Shown here piece after piece: positions 36,644 to 50,519 of a stretch of 64,000 bases of DNA. The notes below the pieces were generated by a model. The model had not been told where the DNA came from and made no database searches. It worked only from the letters and a program-made list of their open reading frames with translations. Origin of the DNA: Malacoraja senta. Taxonomy: Eukaryota. The stretch spans positions 17,052,001 to 17,116,000 of the forward strand of contig CM075988.1 of the NCBI GenBank assembly GCA_038087875.1, written 5' to 3'. The position numbers and the translations under genes are program-made. Every line of letters begins with the position of its first letter. The first letter of the stretch is position 1.

Positions 36644-38219
36644 AATTTGATTTGTTGGATATGGATTGCTATTTACAACCTATGTTGGATTTCTCTATTC
36701 GGCTCACATATTATCAAGTTTATAGTCATTGTTCATATCTCTCACATGCGCAATAACTCTGAGTTACTACAATTAATACAACCCACTGAAATCAACATTA
36801 CGCACTGAAATGAATCTCCCCTCTCTTGGTCCTGAAGCGTTATTTTGACCTGAAATTGCCACATTTACTTTGCACCCCCCTCTTCCCCAGCACAAATGCT
36901 ACTCAACCCACTGAGTTTCTCCAGAAGAGTGTTTGTTGCTCCAAACTCCGGTATCTGTATTTGGGTCTCCACTGAAATTAGACTTGCAATGGCACTTGAT
37001 ACTAAAATTTGATCCTAAAATTATCAGACTTCAAATTTATGCCACTAATTCTTATAGCTAATTTTCAACAATTAAAATTCTGCTGTTAACATGAAGGTCG
37101 TCCTCCCTAAAGCTCAGAGCATTTGTTTTTTAACTGCAGGTTAAAGGACTAACGCTCTGAAAGTAATTTAGCTACCCCAAAGAACAAAATATCTATTTTA
37201 TCTACTAATATAAGCAGATTGCCAATATTTCCAATTACCTTCATGCATCAAAAATATAGAAACTGATTGTACCTATGATGCATAAACATTAAAACATGGT
37301 TAATGATTTTATCTGACAGAGGATTCAATCAATTACAGGTACAGATATCTATGGACTGTTTTACAGAGAATGCTTGAGGATGCTCCAGAGCATTTCACAG
37401 ACAATGAAGAACTCCTCAAGTGTAATCACTATTACAGTGCAGGGAAATATTACAGAGAAATTAACAAGAAAACTATTTTTTTTATTGGCATTAGTTAAGC
37501 AATAATTATTGACCAAAATCTTTGGTGAATCCTATGTTTTTCTTCAAATAATGCCCTGGGGAATTTTACATCCGCTCAAATAGTTCGGGAGTCAAACCAC
37601 ATTAATGACGGTGCTTCCAATCAGCTCCAATGTGTACTACACAACATTCTCAGTCTCCATTAAGTACTGGGAAGGAACTTGAACTCATTACTTTCTGATT
37701 CAAATGGGATGCTGAATATTTAGAAGGGGGTTGAGAGTTGTGGGGTTCAACTGGGAACAAAAACACTGGGCAGAAGATGGAGTCCCTTGCTTGCTTCCAC
37801 TGTCTTATGGTCTGTCTATGCTCCTATCTACTGCCAGCAGTATTTTGACATTTTAATAATTACGGCCAGTTTAAAAGCAAAATTGTTGTTTACGCAACCC
37901 CATACAAACTCATATTTCCTCCCAATCCATCCAAAATCGTAGGCAGTAGTTTAAGCAAACCCTGGGAAGTTTGTATTTGCTGGTACTCCACCAACCTGCA
38001 GCAAAATTCTGATTTGCCATCACTTGGGTATAAAATAGACGATAAAGAAAAAATACCACAAGATGTAATAGAATAAATGAAGGGTGGAAAATGACAGTGG
38101 TGATAAAAATAAATCAGCTTAGATAAGAAAAACAGACAAAAAAGGTTTCATGGGGAATCAATGGGAATGGGAGGAAACAATGGGGATAAGCAGCTGTAGG
38201 GGAATGGTCAACATGTGTG

Positions 38220-38478
38220 TAGTTTAGAGATAGAGCACGGAGACAGGTGCCCCCCCCCCACCTTGATCTCCCACTAGTTCTGTATTATCCCATTTTAGCG
38301 TCCAAACCCTACACATTAGGGGCAACTTGCACATCTTTGGGATGTTGGAGGAAACTAGAGCACCTGGAGGAAAGATAGAGGGAGAACGTGCAAACTCCGC
38401 ACAGACAGCAACCAATAAGTCAGGATTGAACCCGGGTCTCTGGCACTGTGAGGCAGCAGCTCTACCAGCTGCACAACT
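38220..38478 (-). mobile_element. V-SINE (HE1-like)
   Basis: Reverse complement of the tRNA head (GGATTGAACCCGGGTCTCTGG) and V-domain. Confidence 0.7.
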
Positions 38479-39074
38479 GAATACTTTTGTTAGTTAAAAA
38501 TAGCCCACACTTTCTTTCAGTCAGGGAATAATCTCTTTAAATGTTTAATGAAACACTATGCATACGTTACGGATTGGAATAACCTTAACGCCCTATTTAA
38601 AAAAAGTGAACTTCTAAAAATGTCTTCTTATTAGCTCATTTGAATCAATGGAAAAGGAAGCTGTTGCTTTTATATTGCAAAGGAACATTTATGCTTCCAA
38701 TAAATGGACCTGCATGTACACTCATGAGAGACAGGTACTGCAGCTTGTTGGAGCATCTCAGACAGTGAAAATGAGAAAATGTACAATGGCATGAAATTAA
38801 CGCTTGATAAAGTGTAACTGCTTCCTGAGAGAGTTGAAACTTTGATGGTTTGAGGACTATGCCAGCTGAACATGTTCAGACATGTTTTGTGCTCTCGCCA
38901 TAAATATTAGGCCAAAAGCAAGTGAACAAAAAAAAAAAAATGGTGTTTCTGTGTTAAGTAACTTGAGAACATTCGAAGGAGGGAAGTGTAAATTAGCCTC
39001 CAGCTTCTGGGTTCAAGCTCACGCCAGATTGCAAAATGCTGAAAACAATGTCTTAGGTTTTGTTGGTTCACATG

Positions 39075-39530
39075 CTTGATCAATGGTGTTTTACTATTAA
39101 TGTCTTATTATTATTAATGTTTAGCGTTTTCTGAGTCATTCGTAACTGTCACTGTATGTCATGTTACTTGTGGGCGGAGCACCAAGGCAAATTCCTTGTA
39201 TGTGAATACTTGGCCAATAAACTTACTTACTTAGTCTCCAAAGATGAGAATAAATGCCACATGTATAGCAGGGACTACTGAGTGGTGAGCTGAGGCACTG
39301 AATCACCAACTAGAGAGCTGTCCTGACGCACCACCTACCTCATTGGAGTCCCTCAGACTATCTTTTATCAGACTTTATCTTACACAAAACGTTATACCCT
39401 TATCCTTTATCGGTACACTGTGGAGGGCTTGATTGTAATTAGGTATAGTCTTTTCGCTGACTGGATAGCACACATCAAAAAAAGCTTTTCACTGTACCTC
39501 AGTACACGTGACAATAATAAACTAAACTAC
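39075..39530 (+). mobile_element. Two LINE 3' UTR remnants
   Basis: AATAAA followed by (CTTA)n at about 39216-39233; AAAGCTTTTCACTGTACC...AATAAA(CTAAA)n at about 39480-39528. Confidence 0.55.
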
Positions 39531-41624
39531 ATAGTGAACAAAGTGAACTTTATGTTTAAGTAACCTGAGTTGTTGATGCTAATACTGAATAGCGAAAAAT
39601 GAGAGATATTCTGCTTCTCCAAAACAAATGAAAAATAATTGTGTATATGTTAACATTTTAAATTGCAAGTTTAAGAATATTTCTATGGTCATCTGGGACA
39701 GTTGAATGCAGCCACCACTGCATACAATATTAATTCCTTGAATGGAGTTATGTAAGTCCTCATTCATAACCCTTTAGTACCTAGAAGGTGACTCTGCCAT
39801 CTGGTCTTGGAGTGCCAGCACACACAGGCCAGAAATAGAAATCTCTAAAATAGCCAACAAGTCATGGGAATTTCTAAACAGAACCAACAGAAGGAATCCC
39901 CAGCATCATGCCGTTAAAATATAATTAAACTCAATTATTTTTACGACTGATTGCTTTCCATTAAATAATTCCTCCTGGCCTGTGGTAGCAACTTGTGATC
40001 TTGTTCTTAACTTTGACTTAATTGAAATTAACTTTGCAAGATTGGAGCACTATCACCAAGTACAATTTGATTTTGTTTTAATAAGAGATGCGTTACTGAA
40101 ATTAAACTATGCCTTACAGTAACTGTATTGAATGATTACCTTTGTTCAAACTCAATTACCTTCTTCTATAAAGCTATTGGGCTACGTTAGTTACCCAAAC
40201 TGACAGAATTTTCAATTAAATAGCATCCCGCCATGGAAGGTGAATGTAAATGTTTAACTTCCAAAGGGATTTGAAAGGTGTTTCTCCTCACAAATGGTTC
40301 TGGGTTTGACCTGTGCTGGGCATGACTCCAGAGGTTTCAGCTATTCTTCATGCAAGCCTGAATAGCAAGCATCAATGGATCATTCAACTGCGAAGAACAG
40401 AAGTCAAAATTGACAATATCTTCACTGACATGTGCCATTTCCTGTGCTCAGAAGGAGAAGGGAATAATCTTATTAGCACACTGGCTAGCATTTGCAAACT
40501 CAGTGCACATTATGGTCTGAGGAAGTTATTAGCTTTAATAGCTCACTTTCACAAAGGAAAACACATTTCCCAGGAGAATCTTCAAAGAATGTTTAGAACA
40601 GGCGACATTCTATGTGATCATCCCAGCGGCCTCTAAGCTATCTGCAGATCAATTGCTATGAATATCAGAGCGAGCCCACGATCAGTGCTGAAGTGGATGG
40701 GTGCATGAATTGCAATCTGCAAAGAGTAGAAAGCTAGCATAAAATGTCTATAAAAATGTAAATTAATTCAAAGGGGATACCTCTCCTGTGCACTCTCCTG
40801 CCAGTCATCAGCCCGTGGAATTGCTTTGTCTATTAGTCTACTGCCAACAGTATGGATACGGCATCATTGCTAATTGCTATAAGAAATTACATTCAGCCTT
40901 TTAAAGCTAAATTGGCATATTTGACCAATGAATAAACTATATTAATAGCTGCTTTGTGGCCTAAGCTGTCACCATCCTCTATTGCATTTAATTTAGAAAC
41001 TGGAGATATTAAAGTGACAAGGACGTGCTAAACTGGAATGTCAATGAAAGTTATCAGTACTCTCTCCACTGAAGGAAAGACAACCTTCAGTCCATCTGTC
41101 ACATTTAGCTACTTTTAACTTCCCTTTCCACTACTGGGAGAGAGGCAGAAAGAGAACAGACAGTGAAAAGCACTAAGTTGTAGTTAGATGGTAAAATAAT
41201 GGTTTCAAGAAAGCAATTCAGTGTCAAAACAAAGAACAAAAGGGGGCAATTAACAATTTGTAGGGGAGTGGGAAAGATGGCTCGACTGCTGTCTTTAACT
41301 ATAGGGCCCACAAATGACTAATCGCAGAAGGCGGCTGGCTACACAGCAATAAAGAAGTGAATCTGTGCAATTTAAAAGTTCTCAAATCTGTCACACGTCA
41401 AACAAAAGAATTTGAAAATAGAGCGTTATTGTGAAGAGTTCGAGGGCACTTTTGAAAATCAATTGAAATATTGCAATATTTGACCTTTGATGCAAATGGT
41501 AATACTCATGCAGGTAAAAGAGCTTCTGGATTCACAAGACTGCCACATGTTGATTAGGAATCCTTAGCTCCTTTATGGGATCAGGTTTGGAGTCAGAAGA
41601 GTTTCTGCAGTTTCTGGAAGCTGC

Positions 41625-41870
41625 AAAATGCAGTTGTCGCTGTGGCAGTGAAAGATTTGGGGAGTAGGGCTAGGGTGCGTTTTGACCAGTGTTCAATGTA
41701 ATCCGTGAAAAGACGGGCATAGCTGAGGCTCATGCGAACACCCATGGCTATATCGTACGCCGAAAGAAGTCAAAAGAAAAGTTGTTGAGATTTCTGCAAG
41801 TTCTGACAGGCAGAGGAAAGCGAGAGTTGAGAAGCAGACTGGGTGTTTTGTCAAGGAACCGTGATCAGGT
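41625..41870 (-). mobile_element. Ancient Penelope-like RT fragment
   Basis: Degenerate LNNFSFD...IAMGVRMSLSYARLF..YIE...PQIF, resembling the PLE RT motif GxAMGxxxxPSYAxLF. Confidence 0.55.
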
Positions 41871-42904
41871 GCAGTGTGATGGAAATCCCTTGAATAGACA
41901 CGTCAGAAATAAAGATAAGCTTTTGCACATTTATTACATAAATACAATTTAATTACAGTGTAGTGGAAATGAAGTGATGTACTTGAAAAAAAAAAAGACT
42001 TTGGTTGAAAATTGGTGACCATCACTGCAATATCATTGACCTATGTTCTAACTAAACCTTTTCAAATTACTTCTCTCCTTATTTCAACTCCAGCCTTCAC
42101 ACAATTCTGACACTCACTCCTCATTCCCTTAATCTCCTCCCTAGCAAACCCTTAATAATGAACTACTCCTTCTTGGCCAACACGCTCCAGCATCACCAAA
42201 AACTAAAGCATTGCTGTCATAGTCACAGAGTCATAAAGCATGGAAATAGGCCCTTTGGCGCAACTTTCTCCTGCCGACCAAAATGCCCCTTCCACCTACA
42301 TGCATTGGACCCAGATCCATCCACACCTTTCATATCTATGTACAATCATATCTATATTTCAAAATTACCAAATAAAGCAAAATCTTTCCTTTCTTAATTA
42401 CTTATGGCTTATAGGTTAGCGATCAGCAGGTCAGCATCAGAGAGCTACCGTTTTGTGGCTCCTGGGTACTTTTATCCAAGAATGAGTTAAATTTAATATT
42501 TCAATGCTGCAATAAAGTGCTACAGCAGTATAAAATTAACCACTTCACTTGCTTAATATCACTCATGACAAAATTATTTGTTTTGCCAAGAGCACCAGCT
42601 TATAAACTAAACAAATATATTGGAAGCATAAAACAACAGTCTCTGGTGACAAGAGAATTATGTGCTTTACATTGGCAAGCAACACAGATAAATTTACACC
42701 AGTTCCTCACATCTGTTGTTAGAGGGAGATCTTGAATCATCTGTCGTTAGAGGGAGATAATGAATAGAGGAAGCTACCGTACGATGATCAGAATGTTGAA
42801 AAACAAAGAAATATTAATGCACAAATAGACAGAACTGTATTATTACCAAAAGGGAAGTGTGGGCAATGGAGGCAAGGCAGTGCCCTTTGTGATATCAATT
42901 GCCA

Positions 42905-44050
42905 GTTTAGTTTAGAGATACAGCATGGAAACAGGCCCTTCGGTCCACTGAGTCTACACCAGCCAACAATCACCCGTACACTAGCTCTATTCTACACACT
43001 AGGGGCAATTTACAGAAGCCAATAAACCTACAAAGCGGCAAGTCTTCGGGATGTGGGAGGAAACTGGAGCACCAGGAGAAATATGAATCTTTAGAGGACT
43101 TTACAGGCCAAATGCAAGGAAGATGTTTTCTAAGACTAGTGGGCAAAGGGTAGATTATTTGGGACTGCTATGAGGAGAAGTTTCTTGGCTGGTGAAACTT
43201 TGGAATTCTCTAAACGCAGAGGGCTGTGGAGGCTCAGTTGCTGTGTACGTTCAAAACAGATCAAAAGAATAATGGACATTTGGGAAAATTGCTGCTGACG
43301 AGAAGATTAGTCATAATCCTGATGAATGGCAGGGTAGCATTGTCATGGATTCACCGAGTAATTCAGCATGGAAACAAGCCCTTCGGCCCAACTCATCCAT
43401 GCTGACCAATTTGTCTGCCTGAGCTAGTCACACTTGTCTTGCTACTGGCCCGTATCCCTCTGCACCTTTCCGATCTATGCACCTGCCTTATAAATACAAT
43501 TGTACCCATTTCTACCGCTTTCTCTGTGCAGCTCGCTTAATATACCAAACACCCCCTGTGCAAAGACGATTGTCCCTCATGTCTCCTTTAAATTGTTCCC
43601 CTCTAGCCTGCTTTTATTTCATATATCCTTAGACAAGACACAATAGTAAATGGGATCAGCGAAGATAAAGCAAGTAGAATTGCACGTACTTGATGGTTGG
43701 CATAGACATGGGGTGTACTTTAGATTTTAGAGATACAGAGTGGAAACGAACAATGATCACCCCGTATATTACCACTATCCTAGACTTTGGGGACAATTTA
43801 AAATTTACAGAAGCCAGCTAATCTACAAATCTGAACAAATCTTTGGAGTGCAGGAGGCAACCTGTGCACCCACAGAAAATGCACGTGGTCACAGGGAGAT
43901 CGTACAAAATCTGTAGCGACAGCCTCCATAGTCAGGATCAAACCTGGGTCTTTGGTGCTGAAAGGCAGTAACTACCCCTGCACCACTATGCCGCCCGTGA
44001 TGGGCTGAAGGGCCTGTTTTTGTGCTACAGACTCTCGGACTCTGTGACTC
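42905..44050. mobile_element. Cluster of V-SINE (42905-43080 and 43718-44000, minus strand) and old CR1 3' fragments
   Basis: V-domain motifs and CR1 tail motifs (TGGAATTCTCT..GCAGAGGGCTGTGGAGG). Confidence 0.6.
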
Positions 44051-44273
44051 TATAGGAAACAAGTCACCAGATTTGAGGCAAGTGGAAGAATGGAAGTTGA
44101 TTAAGATTAAGATTTTGGGAGTCAAATGTAAGAAACAAGGGTTTAACCATCACGTTAAACTGTCTGCACAATTGGAATATTGTGTGCAGTTCTGGTTGCC
44201 ATACTAGAGGCAGCACTGGAGAGGGTGCAGAGAACATTCACCAAGACAATGCCTGCGATGGAATACTTCACTT

Positions 44274-44661
44274 GAAACATAAAAACATAGAAAATAGGTG
44301 CAGGAGGAGGCCATTCGGCCCTTCAAGCCAGCACCGCCATTCATTGTGATCATGGCTGATCGTCCCCTATCAATAACCCGTGCCTGCCTTCTCCCCATAT
44401 CCCTTGACTCCACCAGCCCCTAGAGCTCTATCTAACTCTCTCTTAAATCCATCCAGTGACTTGGTCTCCACTGCCCTCTGTGGCAGAGAATTCCACAATT
44501 TCGCAACTCTCTGGGTGAAAACGTTTTTTCTCACCTCAGTCTTAAATGACCTCCCCTTTATTCTAAGACTGTGGCCCCTGGTTCTGGACTCGTCCCACAT
44601 TGGGAACATTTTTCCTGCATCTAGCTTGTCCAGTCCTTTTATAATTTTATATGTTTCTATG
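44274..44661 (-). mobile_element. CR1 3' fragment
   Basis: ORF 44370..44669 (ETYKIIKGLDKLD...GYGEKAGTGY); CATAGAAA tail. Confidence 0.88.
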
Positions 44662-45519
44662 TTAAGCATATCTGAAGGTGAGCAATGACACAGAACTCAT
44701 CCGCCCCTCCAAAAAAAATTGTTTGTTCCAACTACTGCACTGCTGTAAATCACTATTTAATCAAAAATTAACTGCACACTGCAAATTTGAGAACTTATTC
44801 TAAAAGTATTACGAAGAACTAGCAGCTGTAACCCACTTCATTATTAGAAAATGGATTGCAATGTTGGCAGTTTTATCTAAATTTTATGTTGTATTCCTTC
44901 AACAGACTGAACATATGTTATTGGTTTCGAATGAAATAAATTGAGAAGAATCCTGTCAGGTTGTACTTGCAAACAACTGACACAGACACAATTATTAGCA
45001 CAAGGGCTGGCCATGCAAAGCAACTCCACTACACAAAAGCAACTTTACAACTCTCAAATGATTTGATGCTTATGCATTGAAAACATATTTGATTAAGATA
45101 ACTAATAATGCTGCTCACCAGGACATAAAAGATGAAATATTATTTTTATAAACAGAATCACAATTGTTGTCATGGTAGGCTAATACTGATGCAGCCTTAT
45201 ATGGACAAAATCCATCACATAACCAGCTTTACAAGGGTTCTTTCAAAATGAAAGCATATCAATGATGACATAACCATAAGTAAATGCTCTATTTACAAAG
45301 GAACAAGACGTGCCCTTTGATATAACTACCGAGAATAATTACTTGCAAGGACTTAGCTGATAATAGCCAGGGAAGTAGTGACCGGACAATAAATGGCCTC
45401 CGTGTCCATGAGATGAATCAAGAGACGTCTCAAATTCCCACTTCCAATTGTTCTCCAAACAAAACATCTGAGAGAAATTATGATTTTGAAAACATGGTAT
45501 CTCAAGAATATTTTCTGCA

Positions 45520-46105
45520 CAGTTGGAATATTGTGTGCAGTTCTGGTCGCCAAACCAGAGGAAGCACGTGGGTGCACTGGAGAGCGGCAGAGGAAATTCA
45601 CCAAGACAATGCTTGTGATGGAATACCTCAGACCCAAGGAAAGATTTGATAGACCGGGTTTCCCTTTAAGCAGAGGAGGCCAAGGGGGAAACTTGAAATA
45701 CAGAATTATGGGAGATATGGGTTGGATAGATAGTTTAAAAAAAACGTTTTCACACAGAGGGTGGTTGCCATTTGGAATACAGTGCCCGAGAAGACAGTGG
45801 AGGGTGGTAGTCTTGGAACAATGAAGAAGTATCTGGATAAGCTACAGCACGTTGTAGGAGCAAGAATGGAAAGGCCATGCAGAGTTGGTGTTCGAAGTAG
45901 CAGGCGATTTATTAAGACTCGTGCTTACGCACCAGGAGGTGCGTGGCCTTTCCATTTTGCTCCTACACACTTGAATTATCAAGGCACTGTAGGCTAAGGG
46001 CCAAAGGCTAGTGTAGGGAAATGGGATTAGTGCAGATAGGTACGTGATAGTCAGCATTGATATGGAGTGCTGAAAAGCATGTTTCTGCACTATTTGACTC
46101 TATGA
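45520..46105 (+). mobile_element. Old degenerate CR1 3' fragment
   Basis: TTGGAATATTGTGTGCAGTTCTGGTC and TTTTCACACAGAGGGTGG motifs; GACTCTAT tail. Confidence 0.65.
45853..45967. mobile_element. 115-bp TG...CA foldback element (mini-LTR or MITE)
   Basis: Terminal inverted repeats of about 28 bp; 5-bp flanks CACGT and CACTT. Confidence 0.65.
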
Positions 46106-47762
46106 GTATGATCACACATCATTAAATAGAGGGTAGCCCATCTGATTGATTGATTAAAAGATACAGCAAGGAAACAGGACCTTCAGCACACCGAATCGAC
46201 GTCGACCATCGATCACAACATTCCACCACTTTTGTAACATTCCCTACAGACAAAGGCTAATTAATTTATAAACCCATCTTTGTATGTGGGAAAACCACCA
46301 ATTCTCTTATCTGGGTAGATATGAGATGTGTCATGACAAAACCTGAAGACAAGAAGGGGAATTATGTGATGTCATATCCCATACCGAAGGTTACAAGGAT
46401 AGTATATTTAGCTGCTTGTATCACTGGTATTTGTGGAACATTATTGTTCATAATTTAGCTTAGTTCTGCTTATATAACAAAGACATCAAAAGTGTTTGGC
46501 CGCAAAGTACCTTGGAATGAATCTGAAACAGACGGTCGGAACTGAAGAGGTTCTTTCCATTGAACATTTACCTTTTCCACTCAGTTTTGCCAGTACCCAT
46601 TTAGATCTGTAACAAAGCTTGGTAGAAAATGCAACCAACTGTGGCAGCCAAGGTAATTTATCCCACCTCACCGCACAAAAATCCACTGGCCTCAAGAACA
46701 TCTATTATGCATCAATCACTTTTCTTCTAAAATACAAACCATGAAGCATCACCAAAAATCACAGTTGGCAGATTATTATTCTGTATGGGTGAGACCATTT
46801 GAGGGAGCTGTTTGTAGCTTCAAGCTTTACACAATTTAAAAGTGAGCCCTAAATGAGATGCTGGCTTTTGTGGTCTTGCAGTGGAGATTAAGAAAATACT
46901 CCTACCGCTGTGGAATGTCCCACTGCCTATGTATGTGGCTTGCATTGATACAAATATAGGTTGGTCTGAAATTTCCTGGGACATTGTGTCAACAATTTAA
47001 ATATAGTTTATTGGGCATAATTCTGTACCTTAAAAATGGTCTTTACGTTTCAATCAAAACTAAAAAATTAGGAACTTCACAAAATGCATTAATGTCCCTT
47101 GGAAGCAATTTTGCCTCATTAGAAAAATCTCAATACAACACTACATTCATAATTCACAGCTGGGAGGCTCCTAAAATGTCAGGATTGCCACTGGAGTGAA
47201 ATTTACAAGGACTAAAGCAGATCAATGGTGATTTCAGTGTGTGAATTACTTTCGGTAATTGCCAAACAATTTTGTAGAAAATAATCACAAACATCGCTTC
47301 CAGAATTGTAGATGTCTCGTGTTCCATTCTACATTTCCCAAAATATTTTATCGATCAATTTTAGTGCAATAGAAATAGAAAATGCTGGATATTCTTAATA
47401 TGTCAGGCGTTATTTGTGACTGCGAAACAGAATTAGTGTTTGTGGTTGTCCATATAGTAATCAGATTTTTAGCTCAATGGATACTCCATCAGAACTAATG
47501 AAAAGTCCAGGACCAGAAATATTTTTTGTGGTCTTTGCAGGGATGTTGTGAGACCTGCTGAATTTTACCATCTATTCCAGTATTTATTGATTGAAACCAA
47601 AATGTTTATAATTGCCTTTATTAAAATCTGACAATGTGCTCTTTAACCACATGTGATTTTTTCTATTACAAATCTCAAATCGTGGAGTATAGAGACAAAT
47701 AAATAAATGATGGGTCTTTGTCCCAAACATTATGGAGGGCACTGTATATATATATATATTCA

Positions 47763-47859
47763 GAGTCTGAAGAAGGGTCTCGACCCGAAAAGTCAGCCAT
47801 TCCTTCTCTCCAGAGATGCTGCCTGTCCCGCTGAGTTACTCCAGCATTTTGTGTCTACC
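47763..47859 (+). mobile_element. Short Penelope-derived repeat
   Basis: GTCTGAAGAAGGGTCTCGACCCGAAAAGTC...TTACTCCAGCATTTTGTGTCTAC. Confidence 0.75.
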
Positions 47860-50073
47860 ATGCCAATATATTACTGCCTACCCTACGCAATTTTATTTTC
47901 TGTAATAATATCTTCAAATGCTGAAGAGAATTATCTTCTCCTCATAGTGTTATGAGATACTTTACATTATTCGAGACGGGAGACAGAGCAGTAGTTTACC
48001 ATCTTACTGAAGGTAACAGCTCTGACATTGAACAAAACTGTCCCTCACAACCGCACCAAAGCATCAACCTAGATTTTGTAATTAAATCTCTGTAGAATGT
48101 CAAATATTGTTCCAAATGCAAAAAGATGTAGATCTGTTAATTCTGGATCTGACATTTTTAGATATTAATTTTTAAACTGGGGCATACCAGTAGGTATTTT
48201 AGTACAAATTAAGTAATTTCTGTATGGAAGCTTTAAAAGTACAATCACAGTAGCACAATCTCGGTATTAAAGATGATACTCAGTTGGGGAACAAAGGGAG
48301 ATTTATGGCTTTCTGCTTCGTGAGAAATTATCTTTGTTTCTTCAGGCCATCTCTACTCAAACATAGAGACATGAACAATTTTGTTTCTAATGACTGCAGG
48401 AGGATAACAGGGGAGCCAATTGGCCCAATAAACTTCAAATGTCCTTTGAACCTTGAACAGCAAAAAAAATTATAAGTGTATGGCAAACTGCTATAATGGT
48501 TCTCAAATGATTGTCATATAACGTTAACTGCACGGCAGGTGAAGGGAAAGCAACATAATAAAAGAGAGATTGGACTACTATCACAAACACTGCAGTATGC
48601 TTTTGGGCCAACAGCATCAGCAGCATCATATCTCATATAGTGGCAATTTTAAAATACTGAAAAATCACTATGGCTAGCATTTTTGCAACCTCGGTGGTAT
48701 TTTACATAATTAGATTTCCTGGTGTAGAGTGGACATTTATTCCAAATCAAAGTTAATGCTTGGATATTTTATATCCATAAATTACACAAGACTCATAGCA
48801 AAAATCCCTTGATAGAAGGGCCTCGAGCTACAATGTTTGTTGCACTAATGTGAGATTCACTTCTTGCTGGTCCGGAATGTACAGTGTGCTATAATGACTT
48901 TCTAAATCAACGTTTAGTTTGAGGGGAATTACCAACTAAAAATACTTTAACGTTAGAATTTGTTCCGATCAGAAGGCAGGAAAAGTAGTGTTGCATTATT
49001 ATTATTACCATTTCTCACCCTTCCTTACAATTTATAAATAAATTTATAAAGGCTCAAGAAATATCTCGGCATTCATGTCTTGCAATGTGATCTAATAATG
49101 AGCAACCACAGAAGGAGTGCTGCATTGTCAGTGATACTCTCTTTTAAATAGCACACCAAACAAGGTCTCCACCTGTCAATGTAGATGGAGGTAGAGAATA
49201 CAATAGCAACATCTGAAGACCTTGCTTAATGAAGAAAGAATTCACCCCCAAATAAAAATAACCAAATAAATTATCTGGTTATCTCCCTTATTGTTGTTTC
49301 TGAACTTTGGTGAATGTTAATTGGTTGGCATACTTACTTTCAAAATAACTTTGGTTATACTTGAAAATAATCTAGTGGCTGATGCGCTACATAAGTGCAT
49401 GAACTATATCAGTTGTAGCTACTTATTTCATTGATTTATACCAGCAGGACAATCCAGAAATCAGGAAAATGTAATACTGACAACCTAATCTCAACAGGGA
49501 TTTTGAATAAAATTAGCATTCGGGTGCTTACCCTTCTTTAAGAAATCCGATGGCTATTAATAGAGGCACTAATCCAAAACCTGTAATTCCTAATGAGAAA
49601 TGGTTTACCGAGGAGTAACACACATAATACCCAAACCCAGAATGTTGTGCAAAATGGATTGTCCATTCCTGTTGCTGAAGAGCTTAATGATCTGAATTGT
49701 ATTAACTATACTTGCAATTTGCTGGTGTTGAATAGGAACAGCATTTTACAATACTAGGAAATATAAGATAACTACTTTAAAGGCACTAAAATAATGAAAA
49801 GGCAAAAATACAAATGTTTTATCGACAATGCTCAGAGACCTGTTACATTTGAAACCTGATCTGCTTGTACCAACTACAATGCTGCATTCTACTTCGCATC
49901 TATCTCAGAAGATCTTTAAACAGTTGTGCATAATTCAGAATCTGGAATTGGAATTATTATCTGGGAAATGCTAGTTGTTGCTCCCAATGATTACTGAAGA
50001 CAAACTGAAATGTGGTACTATATCAGATTCAAATTGAATTGTGGTACTGTATCGAAAACAGATAAGTAGAACA

Positions 50074-50215
50074 AAGGTCTGAAGAAGGGTCTCGACCCGA
50101 AACGTCACCCATTCCTTCTCTCCAGAGATGCTGCCTGTCCCTCTGAGTTACTCCAGCATTTTGCATCTACAGTACCTTCGATTTAAACCAGCTTCTGCAG
50201 TTCTTTCTTACACAC
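50074..50215 (+). mobile_element. Short Penelope-derived repeat with 10-bp TSD and hammerhead-like core
   Basis: TSD AAGTAGAACA at 50064-73 and 50216-25. Confidence 0.8.
50076..50109 (+). ncRNA. Minimal type I hammerhead ribozyme-like motif
   Basis: GGT-CTGAAGA-A-GGGT(CTCG)ACCC-GAAAC-GTC-ACC: conserved core boxes, stem II and a 3-bp stem I. Confidence 0.55.
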
Positions 50216-50519
50216 AAGTAGAACATTTGCTGTGATCTCCATTCCCTTATTTTCTGACTTCCATACTTAGCCTAATAGGATAGGCACAAGATATTTTAAC
50301 TATTAACGGAAACTCAAAGACACCATGCCAGGGTTTGGAAGCCTCATGAGTATTTTTCTCTCTTTTGAGGGATAGGCAACTCATTTTCAACTCTACATCT
50401 TTTCCCAATTGTGCATGGACAACTGGGAGCTTGTTCTGTGGAAATGCAACATGTGATCATGCAGACATTTATTCAATGCAATAACGTTGCTTAAAGGGTA
50501 ATGTAAGATGCCTGTACTG

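Noticed and set aside
40791..40850. 60-nt phase 2-2 exon-like segment (RLIDKAIPRADDWQESAQE)
   Set aside because: The flanking confident exons are phase 0. It would fit only the hypothetical internal first exon, and there is no other support.
41100..41135. Strong minus-strand pyrimidine tract and acceptor
   Set aside because: Stops follow quickly in most frames and there is no good in-phase donor.
49531..49579. AG...GTAAGC-bounded segment on the minus strand
   Set aside because: Stop codon in the required phase.
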